Notes under the pieces: generated by a model
What the model saw: only the letters and a program-made list of their open reading frames with translations
The model's database searches: none
What the model was told of the DNA's origin: nothing
Assembly: GCA_025937755.1 (NCBI GenBank)
Contig: JAICQR010000002.1
Location: 1 to 60,581, forward strand
Source: Gemmatimonadales bacterium
GTDB lineage: Bacteria; Gemmatimonadota; Gemmatimonadetes; Gemmatimonadales; GWC2-71-9
Length of the DNA: 60,581 bases
Direction: 5' to 3'
Position numbers and translations under genes: made by a program
In this document: in pieces, positions 29,033 to 37,776 of the stretch
How the letters are laid out: the number at the start of each line of letters is the position of its first letter
Position numbering within the stretch: the first letter of the stretch is position 1

Positions 29033-30321
29033 TATGGCTTCTGCCCGTGCGGCTGGTCGAAGTGCGCCTGGAGGTTCCCTTCCTCCGCATCCTGCAGGTC
29101 CACCTGCAGCAGGACAGTCGTCCCATCCTGCTCGTAGATCGTGAATCCGGCCGCGTCCAGCGTGCCGTTGCCCTCGCCCCGGTCCACGAAGGTGAACTCG
29201 ATCGGGTAGCCGTCGACGCCGTTGAAGGTGCCGACCGCGGTGCCCTCGAAGGTGTTGATGGGCGCCACCGGCGGCGTCGGATCATCCTCCAGCGAGCAGA
29301 ACGCCGAGGTGATCGGCTTGTCGATGTGCCAGTGGTTGCCGTCACCCCAGTTGATGTTGATGTTGTTCGAGAGCGTGATGTCGCAGTGAATCGTCATTGA
29401 TACGCTCACGTCATCATCACCCGCGGTCGAGCTCAGCTTGCTGACACCGCCGGTCATCCGGCCGTCGAGGCTCTCCGGCACATCCTGCGGCTCCACCCGG
29501 AAGATGTAGTCGTTGTAGTCGGAGTCGAGCGGGTGATCGGTCTCGTCCAGCAGGAGTTCGTTGTCCTCGACGCCAACCAGGTAGGCGTCGCCGGCGTTGT
29601 TGGTGAAGAGCGCGAACTGCTGGAACTGCACCGAGCCAAAGCTTCCCTCGGCATCCGAGCAGTCGGTGTCGGGATCGCTGCAGCCTCCGGACTGGGCATT
29701 GAACGCGTTCTTGATGTAGAAACCCCAGTCGTCGCCACCGGTGTTGATGGTGACTGATGACCCGAGCACGGCGTTGCCCCAGTCCGCCACCGCGTGGAAG
29801 GTGTAGACACCGCCGTCAACGGTGAACCAGCCTACCTCGCTGGGCGATCCGTGGACCGCGCCAACCAGCGACACTTCATACTCGAAATCGCCATTCAGCA
29901 TGAAGGCCGCAGCATCGCGGTTCTCGGTGCCGTCGGCAAAGTACTGCGTAAACCCGCCGGCATTTGCCGCCGTGCCCTCGGTCTCGTTGTCACAATCGGA
30001 GCTGAAGGTGCCGTCGGCGAAGAACCCGATGTTGCACGACGTGGTCGTGCCGTTGTTGTCGGCGGAATTGTTGTCCCAGAACTCGGTAGTGGCGCGACCG
30101 CTGTTGTCGGCGGTGAACGTCTCAAATGCGCCGGGGTCGCCGATCGCGACCACTACTTCGGCCGGGGTGGGGATCGCCTGAATGGACATTCCGTTGAGCG
30201 AGGGGCCACCGAGCGGCTCATTGGGCGCCATCGGGCCGGAGTCACTGCAGGCCGCAAGCAAACCGACCGCGAGCAAGCCGGCCGGAGCCAGCACGCGGTT
30301 GAACGACCGGAACGCGGACAT
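29032..30321 (-). CDS. secreted lipoprotein with DUF4114-like module
   Basis: Lipobox LLAAC. Asp/Asn/Gly/Thr-rich. Motif YLVGVEDNELLLDETDHPLDSDYNDYIFRV resembles DUF4114. Confidence 0.75.
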   Translation of the reverse strand: MSAFRSFNRVLAPAGLLAVGLLAACSDSGPMAPNEPLGGPSLNGMSIQAIPTPAEVVVAIGDPGAFETFTADNSGRATTEFWDNNSADNNGTTTSCNIGFFADGTFSSDCDNETEGTAANAGGFTQYFADGTENRDAAAFMLNGDFEYEVSLVGAVHGSPSEVGWFTVDGGVYTFHAVADWGNAVLGSSVTINTGGDDWGFYIKNAFNAQSGGCSDPDTDCSDAEGSFGSVQFQQFALFTNNAGDAYLVGVEDNELLLDETDHPLDSDYNDYIFRVEPQDVPESLDGRMTGGVSKLSSTAGDDDVSVSMTIHCDITLSNNININWGDGNHWHIDKPITSAFCSLEDDPTPPVAPINTFEGTAVGTFNGVDGYPIEFTFVDRGEGNGTLDAAGFTIYEQDGTTVLLQVDLQDAEEGNLQAHFDQPHGQKP

Positions 30322-30458
30322 GTCATCTACTCCTGAATGGGGGGTCTAGGGCTGACTTCAGGAAAATGAATCGTGTACCGCGTTGATTTACCGCCAGTTC
30401 CGCGTTTGTCAAGCAGCCAACTGTCGAGATATCGGTGGCCAGGGAGCCGACAGTGGTC

Positions 30459-30474
30459 CTGCAACACGTTGCAG
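30459..30474. promoter_or_regulatory. palindrome CTGCAAC-AC-GTTGCAG in divergent intergenic region
   Basis: Perfect 7-bp arms at 30459-30474, within the 285-nt region between the two divergent lipoprotein genes. Candidate operator by symmetry only. Confidence 0.3.
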
Positions 30475-30606
30475 CACAACCTGTTGCGCGCCGCCAATGT
30501 GAGCGGGAGCACAGCGCCGAATCCTTCGCGTTGCCATGCTGTTACCGATGGTGGGCCCGCCTGGATGCGCCGGTGGGCCACCTGCCTACTTCAGAACGGA
30601 GACTGC

Positions 30607-31227
30607 ATGCGATACTTCACCACCCGATTCCTCGGACCGCTCGTCGCAGTTGCACTGACGGGGGGCGTGGTTGCCTGCGATGACGGCACTGATCCGGGCG
30701 AGAGCACGCAGGTGCGCGTGCTCTTGACCGACGCTCCGGGCCAGGTCCAGGCAGCGGTCGTCACGATTTCGGAGGTGTATCTGCAGGGCGGCGGCGATGG
30801 CGAGGGCCGGGTGACGCTGCGCGACGATGAGTTCACCACCGACCTGCTTACCCTGGCCGATGAGACCGAGATCCTGGTTGACGGGACGGACGTGCCCAAC
30901 GACACGTACGGGCAGCTGCGGTTCGTGATCACCGGAGCCTACATCCAGGTGGACAATGGAGACGAGACGTCCAGCATCTACGCCACGTCCGAGGATTATG
31001 CGGGGCTGCCGGCCGGCGCCACAGTGGCTGGCCAGCTCCAGACTCCGAGCTTCGACCAGAGCGGGCTCAAGGTGAACCTGCCGCAGGAAGAGTTGACGCT
31101 GAACGGCGGCACGACCACCTGGCTGGTGGATTTCGATGTGGCGCAGAGCTTCGGGCAGGAGGCGGGCGATCAGTGGGTGATGCACCCGGTGATCACGGGA
31201 ACCCGTGTGGAGACTGAGGTAGAGTAA
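30607..31227 (+). CDS. DUF4382-like lipoprotein
   Basis: ORF 30373..31227 trimmed to ATG 30607 (MRYFTTRFLGPLVAVALTGGVVAC). VRVLLTDAPG...YGQLRFVI...PSFDQSGLKVNL...WLVDFDVAQS. Confidence 0.7.
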   Translation: MRYFTTRFLGPLVAVALTGGVVACDDGTDPGESTQVRVLLTDAPGQVQAAVVTISEVYLQGGGDGEGRVTLRDDEFTTDLLTLADETEILVDGTDVPNDTYGQLRFVITGAYIQVDNGDETSSIYATSEDYAGLPAGATVAGQLQTPSFDQSGLKVNLPQEELTLNGGTTTWLVDFDVAQSFGQEAGDQWVMHPVITGTRVETEVE

Positions 31228-31232
31228 GGCGC

Positions 31233-31267
31233 GAGTCGCGAGTCACGCGGCTTGTGACTTGCAACTC
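31233..31267. terminator. hairpin between convergent genes, built on a tandem heptamer
   Basis: GCGAGTC x2 (31231-31244). Stem GAGTCGCGAGTCAC / GTGACTTGCAACTC (14 bp; 1 mismatch, 1 G:T), loop GCGGCTT. The right arm overlaps stop 31266-31268 of the minus-strand antiporter gene. Confidence 0.5.
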
Positions 31268-32597
31268 AACCAGGCGCCGGCTCGGGTTCCGCAAGGGCCT
31301 GTTCCGGCGCCTTGGCATTTCCGCCATGTACTTCGCCTGCCTTGAGCAGCGCGCGGCGGAACAGGATGGCGCCCATCGTCTCGTTCACGGCGATGAGCGA
31401 GAGAAGCATGGTTCGCATGTCGCCGCCGGCCGCGGGGTACGCGTTGCCCGCTACAGTCACCAACCCGATCGCCACGCCAGCCTGGGAGACGAGGCCCATC
31501 CAAACCAGCCGGCCTTCCTCGGGCCGAATACGAGCCCACCTCGTACCCAGCCGGACGCCACTCCAGATACCCGCGAGCCGCGCCAGGGCGATCGGGATGA
31601 CGAGGGGCCAAACCTGGAGCAGGAGCGAGACGTCCACCTTGGCGCCGGCCAGCGCGAAAAACACCACGAACACCGGGGCAGCAGATCGCTCCATCGCCCG
31701 GCGGAGCGCCTCGCCCATCCTGCCCGGCGCCAGCGTCTCGGCGACGAAGCCGGTGACGATGAGCATCAACAGCGTTTCGACATGCAGGAGCCGGGAAATC
31801 TCGAGCCCGAAGAACGTCACCAGGATGGCGAACAGGAAGAGCTCGGCCCGCACGAAGCGAAGATAGAGGGCCACCACCAGGCCCAATGCCGCACCGATCG
31901 GAATCGCGCCTCCGATCTCCCAGGCGACAGACGCGATGCTACCCACACCACCGGTGCCCGACGGCACCAGTACTCGCGCCAGCGTGAGCATCGACGAGAA
32001 GACGATCACCACCACCACGTCCGCCAGCAGCACCACTCCAAGTGTGGTGCGGGCGAGAGGGCCGCGCGCGCCAGTCTCGGTCAGCAGCGCCATGGTCACC
32101 GCCGGAGAATGCACAATGGCGATGGACGCGAACAGCGCGGAGAAGGTGAGTACCGTAGTCCAGTTGAGACCTGCCAGGAAGGGCACCCATTCCCGCATCA
32201 GCACCAGCACGGCGAAGATGGTGAGGAACGTCACGGCCAGCTCGGTTCCCGTGAGCCGGAGCAGCGCCAGGCCACGACGCCGCAGTTCACCCCATTCCAG
32301 TTCCGCGCCGGCGAGGAAGGCGATGAGTGCGATCGCGAGGTCACTCACCGGCGCCAGGTTGGACACCGCCTCGGCCCGAACCACATTCAGCGCACTCGGC
32401 CCGAAGACCATGCCGGCAGCGAGATAGCCAACGATCTTCGGCAAATGAAGCTGCTTGGCCAGCTCCCCCACCGAGTACGCCGCGAGGATCAGGAACCCGA
32501 ACACCAGCAACGACCGGCCGGCCCCGCCATACGGTGCTACCAGCGAGATCAGCTGCATCACCCCCAACAGCAGGAGAAGAATGATGATGCGACGCAT
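31266..32597 (-). CDS. cation:proton antiporter (CPA/Kef-type membrane domain)
   Basis: ORF 31266..32699 trimmed to MRRIIILLLLLGV. LPKIVGYLAAGMVFGPSALN and about 12 TM helices. No KTN/RCK domain. Confidence 0.8.
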   Translation of the reverse strand: MRRIIILLLLLGVMQLISLVAPYGGAGRSLLVFGFLILAAYSVGELAKQLHLPKIVGYLAAGMVFGPSALNVVRAEAVSNLAPVSDLAIALIAFLAGAELEWGELRRRGLALLRLTGTELAVTFLTIFAVLVLMREWVPFLAGLNWTTVLTFSALFASIAIVHSPAVTMALLTETGARGPLARTTLGVVLLADVVVVIVFSSMLTLARVLVPSGTGGVGSIASVAWEIGGAIPIGAALGLVVALYLRFVRAELFLFAILVTFFGLEISRLLHVETLLMLIVTGFVAETLAPGRMGEALRRAMERSAAPVFVVFFALAGAKVDVSLLLQVWPLVIPIALARLAGIWSGVRLGTRWARIRPEEGRLVWMGLVSQAGVAIGLVTVAGNAYPAAGGDMRTMLLSLIAVNETMGAILFRRALLKAGEVHGGNAKAPEQALAEPEPAPG

Positions 32598-32598
32598 A

Positions 32599-33867
32599 TC
32601 AGGCCTGCTCCACGCTGTCGACGGGAAGTCCCGGGTCGGTGGGCCCCGCCGCTGCAACCACCGCCGTTTCGCCGCTCGCACGCTTCCACGGGCTGGCATC
32701 GACGGCGTGGCGCATGAGCCTGGCGGAAAACGCGTCGGTCAGCAGCACCGATGCGACGGCGGCGGTGAATACGATGTTCGGGAAGTAGGCGTTGTTCTCC
32801 GACAGGTAGTTGAAGCCGATGGCGAGCGCGATTCCGCCCTGGCCCAGCAGCGCCCTGCCCCAGTTGGCGCCCAGCACCGGCAGCATGCCGTTGAGCCGGG
32901 CAGCGATGCGGGCGCCGGCCACCTTGAAGAACCAGCGTGCAACGAGAAATCCGACGACCGGAATGAGCCACGCGGACCGTCCCGGCGTCCACAGTGCGCC
33001 GCCGCAGAGCAGGAGCACGAAATAGAGGGGCCGCTCCACCCGGTGCAATGCGTCCTCGATCTCCTGCCGATTGCGCGAAGTATTCACCAGGATGACGCCC
33101 ATCAGCATGCCCGGCAGGATGGGCGAGAGCTGGAGAAAGGTCGCGGCTCCGGTCATGAACACGATGGCGCCGCCCAGCGAAATGAACAGGCGGTCGGGGT
33201 CGCGCTCCTCACCCAGGAACAGGTGAAACAGCATGCCACCGATGACGCCGAGGGCGCCGCTGATGACCATCCACTCGACCGGCGTAGGCGACCGCGGCAG
33301 GGTCGGAGCCGCCACGTGGTTGAAGCAGAGCACGACGCCCACCGTGATGATCCCGATGACCGAGTCCATGCCGACCGCGACTTCCATCTGGCGCACCACC
33401 ACGCTCGACCGCCCCAGCCGCGCGATGATGAACTGGACCGCGTCCTGCGCTGAGCAGGTGGCGATGGCGCCCAGCACCAGCGACGGCACCAGCGCATAAT
33501 CAGCGGTCACGCCGAAAAGGCCGCGGAACATGATCAGCGACGCCGCGGTGACCCCGATCAGGGTGATCATCGACTGCGCAAAGGCCACGCGGTAGAACAC
33601 TCCCCGCAGCCGCACCATGCCCGGGAGGTAGAGTCGCATGCCGACCATGGCGCCCATCCAGCCGAGCGCGAGGGTCATGAAGGGCAGGAACGAACGGAGC
33701 GATTCGGCGCTGACGAGCCCTGAGACCGACGGTCCAAGCAGGATGCCCAGCAGGAGATACTCAGCGCCAGATACGATCAGCAAGCGTCGCCCAAGCCACT
33801 GGAAGGCGATGTGCGCTGCGCCGTAGGCCACGGCCACCAGGACAACCAGCAGTAGCGCGGTGTTCAT
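32599..33867 (-). CDS. cation:proton antiporter-like membrane protein (divergent paralog)
   Basis: ORF 32599..33960 trimmed to MNTALLLVVLVAV. SGAEYLLLGILLGPSVSGLV. Polytopic. 1-nt gap to the downstream paralog. Confidence 0.7.
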   Translation of the reverse strand: MNTALLLVVLVAVAYGAAHIAFQWLGRRLLIVSGAEYLLLGILLGPSVSGLVSAESLRSFLPFMTLALGWMGAMVGMRLYLPGMVRLRGVFYRVAFAQSMITLIGVTAASLIMFRGLFGVTADYALVPSLVLGAIATCSAQDAVQFIIARLGRSSVVVRQMEVAVGMDSVIGIITVGVVLCFNHVAAPTLPRSPTPVEWMVISGALGVIGGMLFHLFLGEERDPDRLFISLGGAIVFMTGAATFLQLSPILPGMLMGVILVNTSRNRQEIEDALHRVERPLYFVLLLCGGALWTPGRSAWLIPVVGFLVARWFFKVAGARIAARLNGMLPVLGANWGRALLGQGGIALAIGFNYLSENNAYFPNIVFTAAVASVLLTDAFSARLMRHAVDASPWKRASGETAVVAAAGPTDPGLPVDSVEQA

Positions 33868-33895
33868 ACCGGGGAGAGTACGTCGTGCATCGCGC

Positions 33896-35026
33896 CTAAA
33901 GCAATCGCCGGGACGCGAGCCCGAAGCGCTTGTGGTCGAGGAGGCGACTGATGGAGACACCCGGAACGTTCATCATCCCGTCCTTGCGAAGGGCCAGCTT
34001 GATGACGTCATGATTGCGGCCGAACCACCGCGCGCTCGGCTCGAGGTCCGAGGGATAGTCGAAGCCTGGCAGCGACGCGGCGGCCAGTGGCGCCTGGCTG
34101 CCGATGCCGGTCTCGGGCATGGTGCCGGCCCACAGCGTCGCACCACTCTCGCGCGCCAGCTTCCAGATCCGGATGACTTCACACAACCCGCCAACGCGAT
34201 GCACCTTGATGTTCCAGACCAGCGGGCCACCCAGCGCCAGCAGCTGCCGCGCGACACCGACGCTGGTCAGCGTCTCGTCCACACACACCGGCGTTGTCAG
34301 CGTCCGCGACAGTTCGGCGTGCCCCACAATCTCCTCAGGCGCCAGCGGCTGCTCGATGTAAAGCAGGCCGCACTGGTCCAGCTCGCGCAGCGCACGTTCG
34401 TGCTCAGGAAAGGCATAGGCCCCGTTGGCATCCACCGTGAGCGGAATGCCGGTGCCACGCAGAATGTCCTGGGTATGCCGCACCGGCTCGACGTCCCACC
34501 CCGGCATCACCTTGATCTTGACGCGCCGGTACCCGGCATCGAGCGCCTGCAGGACGCGGGCGCCCAGCGCATCGAGCGAGCGGTCGGCGGGAACGCCCAG
34601 GGCCACGCCACACGCGATGGCCCGGGCCGGCTGGACCCCCGCCGCCCCGGCCAGCAATTGCGCCATCCCGGTACCGGCACGCGCCGCCGCGAGGTCCCAC
34701 CCGGCGGTCTCGATCGCTGCCCTGGCAAAGGCATTGCCTCGCACATGCTGGCGCAGGGCGGCGTCTATCACATCCGGGCCGGTAAACTCCCGCCCACGGA
34801 CCCTCGGCAGCAGTACAGACTCCAGCATATGGCGCGCACTGCCAAGCGTTTCTTCCGAGTAGAACGGCAACTCGAACGGAGGTGCCTCGCCATAGCCCTG
34901 GTGTCCCGCATCGTCGCGCAGCACGACGATCAATGAACGGCGCTCGGTGATGGCCCCACCCGAGATGATGAATGGCTCCACCAGCGGGATGGCAACCTCG
35001 TGGAGTTCCACATCGTTGATCCTCAC
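33896..35026 (-). CDS. enolase-superfamily enzyme, o-succinylbenzoate synthase / N-acyl(succinyl)amino-acid racemase-like
   Basis: KxK motif RRVKIKVMPGWDVEP. Metal ligands in LTVDANGAY, LLYIEQPL and VCVDETL. Second catalytic Lys in NIKVHRVGG. Close in pattern to Amycolatopsis-type NAAAR/OSBS. Confidence 0.85.
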   Translation of the reverse strand: MRINDVELHEVAIPLVEPFIISGGAITERRSLIVVLRDDAGHQGYGEAPPFELPFYSEETLGSARHMLESVLLPRVRGREFTGPDVIDAALRQHVRGNAFARAAIETAGWDLAAARAGTGMAQLLAGAAGVQPARAIACGVALGVPADRSLDALGARVLQALDAGYRRVKIKVMPGWDVEPVRHTQDILRGTGIPLTVDANGAYAFPEHERALRELDQCGLLYIEQPLAPEEIVGHAELSRTLTTPVCVDETLTSVGVARQLLALGGPLVWNIKVHRVGGLCEVIRIWKLARESGATLWAGTMPETGIGSQAPLAAASLPGFDYPSDLEPSARWFGRNHDVIKLALRKDGMMNVPGVSISRLLDHKRFGLASRRLL

Positions 35027-36150
35027 GCGGCCACCAGGTCGCGGAATCGCAGTTCACCTCGGACGCGATGGAGCCTGCCCGCTTCCTCTTCCTCCAGCAT
35101 CACGGCAAGCAACCCGTCGGCGGGGTCGAACACAAGTTGATGCAGCGCGCGCGCGGTCCTGCTTCCCGCCTCGGCGGCGTATTCACCAAGTGGCAGCTGG
35201 AATAGTGTATGGCACTGCACGGTGGAGCACCCTGCTCGCGCGTAGGCCACCGCCTGGCGTCCGGACACGACATTGCCGGTGCCGGAACGCTCCTGGCCGC
35301 CGCGACTCACGCTCGCCAGCACCCGCAGGTTCCGGTCGGAGAGTTCCCACCCGCCATATGCCACCTGCCTCTCGTCGTCCCACAGCCGGTTGAACACGGT
35401 CACCGCACGGGCATCCGCAGCAGCGCGCAGCATGTCCGCCTGAAAGGCATCGTCAAATGTGGCATTCATCAGCTTGAGGCTGACATGAGCCGGGCCACCG
35501 GCGTGTCGCCGGATCAGCGCCGGCAATTCGCTGATCCAGCGAATCACAGCGTCCCGGCTCTGGCCCCGCGCGTCACCCGCCAGGGTGGGCGAGAGGTCAT
35601 GCTCCACCAGCATCGGCTCCGCGCCCCAGGCCGCCCGAACCGCACCGAGCGTGTGGGCGTACTCGGCCTCGCGAAATGCTTCGCCTGCCGGAGGCAGGTG
35701 CAGCTTGACCGATGGCAACACCAGCAGCCGGTCATCCCGTGTGAGCTGACGGCCCACCTGTATCAGCTCGCAGTACTCGGCCAGCGTGCCATCCCAGCCC
35801 CGCCCCTTCCATGTGACCGTCCAGCCGCAGCGGCCGTCGGCTGCATCCCGCCGCTCTACCGCCATCCGGGTTTCGTGGATGGCCCACGCGCCCATCGACC
35901 GCTCTCCCGCCGAGTCTTCGCCGATCACGGTCTTGAGCACGGCGAACGCCAGGCCGGCATCGGCATCGTGCTGAAGCTGCTCTGCCTTGAGTGACAGTTG
36001 CCCCGATGCCTTGCCGATCGGATGCGGCAGCGGCACGCCCATCAGGGACGTGGAGAGATCGAATCCATGGGTTGCCCGAAGCTGCGCGGCCCAGTCGTGC
36101 GGCCACTCCCGGCCGAGGCGCTCCCGTTCAGCCGAGAGCGTCAAGCGCAT
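35023..36150 (-). CDS. dihydroorotate dehydrogenase-like TIM-barrel protein (divergent)
   Basis: ORF 35023..36273 trimmed to M42 (MRLTLSAE). DHOD/DPD-like blocks PHPIGKASGQ, AVLKTV, VSLKLMN, YGGWELS and GTGNVVSGRQAVAYARAGCSTVQ. The usual NLSCPN block reads HDLSPTL. Confidence 0.6.
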   Translation of the reverse strand: MRLTLSAERERLGREWPHDWAAQLRATHGFDLSTSLMGVPLPHPIGKASGQLSLKAEQLQHDADAGLAFAVLKTVIGEDSAGERSMGAWAIHETRMAVERRDAADGRCGWTVTWKGRGWDGTLAEYCELIQVGRQLTRDDRLLVLPSVKLHLPPAGEAFREAEYAHTLGAVRAAWGAEPMLVEHDLSPTLAGDARGQSRDAVIRWISELPALIRRHAGGPAHVSLKLMNATFDDAFQADMLRAAADARAVTVFNRLWDDERQVAYGGWELSDRNLRVLASVSRGGQERSGTGNVVSGRQAVAYARAGCSTVQCHTLFQLPLGEYAAEAGSRTARALHQLVFDPADGLLAVMLEEEEAGRLHRVRGELRFRDLVAA

Positions 36151-37009
36151 CTCGTACCGCCGCGTCCACAACGTCGCGCTGAGCTGAGTCCAGCGGTGGG
36201 CCCCACGGGTCCTCGGTGGCGCTGGCCGGAAGCCAGCCGGTGGCGGCCGCCGCCCATAGCATCCTCTGCACATAGCCGGGCATCGGCTCGCAGAACGTCG
36301 CTTCGGCGAACCGGTCGACCGCCTTGCTCAACTCCATGAACCGGGCGGCATCGTGGGTCCGGTGGGCGTGCAGCAATTCAGCGCTCAGCTTCGGCACTGC
36401 AGCTCCCAGCCCGACCAGCGCCGCCTCGCCACCCGCCATCAGCGAGTAGCCGAGGAAGCGGTCCTCACCGGTAATGAGCAGCTTGTCGGCATGCTGGCGC
36501 ACCAGCCCGGCGAGCCGCTGGAAGGTCATGACCGAGTCGAGCGTCGCCACCTTGATGCCGATGATGGTCGGCAGTTCCAGGATCCGGTGGAGTGTGTCGT
36601 CGTCGTAGGCGACGCCACCGGCTTCCTGGTACAGCCAGAAGGCGATGCCCGGCAGCTCGCGGCTGAGACGGTCATGATGTGCGACTGGATCGGTGCGCTG
36701 GGGATGAATCAGCAGGGCATCGGCGTGCCGTCGGCGGGCCTCGATCGCGGACGTGATGTCGTGAGCGCCCGCGATGACCAGTTTGCCGGGAAGCGCGTCG
36801 CGCCAGGCGGTGATGACTGTACGGCGGTCCTCGGCGGCGAGATGCGGACCGCGGCCGGTGTGGGCCCAGACCGCCACACCGGCGATCGGCTCGGCGGCCA
36901 TCCGCTGGGCGTACGCCTCCTGCGCCGCGGCCTGCAGCGCGCCACCAGAGAACGGCACCGGCACCGCGGGCACCAGGCCGCCGCGAAGTCGCTCGGTCAG
37001 CGCGCTCAC
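36128..37009 (-). CDS. dihydrodipicolinate synthase/N-acetylneuraminate lyase-family (DapA-like) aldolase
   Basis: 293 aa. Class-I aldolase pattern with the putative Schiff-base Lys in IIGIKVATLD. The GTTGE block is replaced by AHTGRG. Confidence 0.75.
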   Translation of the reverse strand: MSALTERLRGGLVPAVPVPFSGGALQAAAQEAYAQRMAAEPIAGVAVWAHTGRGPHLAAEDRRTVITAWRDALPGKLVIAGAHDITSAIEARRRHADALLIHPQRTDPVAHHDRLSRELPGIAFWLYQEAGGVAYDDDTLHRILELPTIIGIKVATLDSVMTFQRLAGLVRQHADKLLITGEDRFLGYSLMAGGEAALVGLGAAVPKLSAELLHAHRTHDAARFMELSKAVDRFAEATFCEPMPGYVQRMLWAAAATGWLPASATEDPWGPPLDSAQRDVVDAAVRDALDALG

Positions 37010-37776
37010 CCGCCCAGCCCCTCCGCGTTGCCGTGTTCGATGGCGGCGCGCCGATCAGCATCGATGTCGAGCAGCTCCAGTCTCGCACCGGGGGTCTCGG
37101 GCAGCCGGAGCGGCTGACCGGAACCGAAGAGGAAGCGCGCTTCGCCGATGGCGCCGATGAGGTGCTCGAGGTGGTCCTCCGGCGGACCCCACACCCAGGA
37201 AATATCCCACCAGATCCGCGCCGATTCATCCGGCGTGGACCCGAAATGCACTTCCTCGATGAATCCGCGGTCGGCATGGGTGACGACCAGCCTGGCGGAC
37301 GGATGCGATCGGACCAGGGCGCGGACCGCAGCTGCGGGGAGCTCGGCGGCCACGTCCAATGGATGCCGCTGGCGTCCGTCTTCCAGCCGCACCGCCACCA
37401 TGAGTGGCAGAGCAGCCTGCGCAGACGCCGCCACCAGGTCGCGCATCGGCTGGCCGGATGGATCGATGTCGTGGAACATGGGGTCGACCCGGATCGCCAC
37501 CGCTCGCTGGGCCTTCGCGTGCGCTACTTCCTCTTCCCAGTGGGGCAACGCCGGCTGGATGGCAGGAACCGCGCGGAAACGGGGCTCTGCCTTGCACACC
37601 TGATACAGCCAGGGATTGCCTTCCATGGGATCGCGCCAGAACACCGAAGGCAGGTGCGACACCCATGCTCGCGTGATGTGGGTGCGATCCATCGCCTCGA
37701 GCAGCGCGTCCGGTGAGGTGCCGGGAACCTTGCGCCAGGGATAGCCCCCGAGCCACGCGTTGACGTCGATACGCAT
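37006..37776 (-). CDS. amidohydrolase-2-like TIM-barrel protein lacking the N-terminal HxH motif
   Basis: MRIDVNAWLG occupies the position where the paralog has IDVHVHF. Overall similarity to the PF04909-type fold. ATGA-type overlap downstream. Confidence 0.7.
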   Translation of the reverse strand: MRIDVNAWLGGYPWRKVPGTSPDALLEAMDRTHITRAWVSHLPSVFWRDPMEGNPWLYQVCKAEPRFRAVPAIQPALPHWEEEVAHAKAQRAVAIRVDPMFHDIDPSGQPMRDLVAASAQAALPLMVAVRLEDGRQRHPLDVAAELPAAAVRALVRSHPSARLVVTHADRGFIEEVHFGSTPDESARIWWDISWVWGPPEDHLEHLIGAIGEARFLFGSGQPLRLPETPGARLELLDIDADRRAAIEHGNAEGLGG

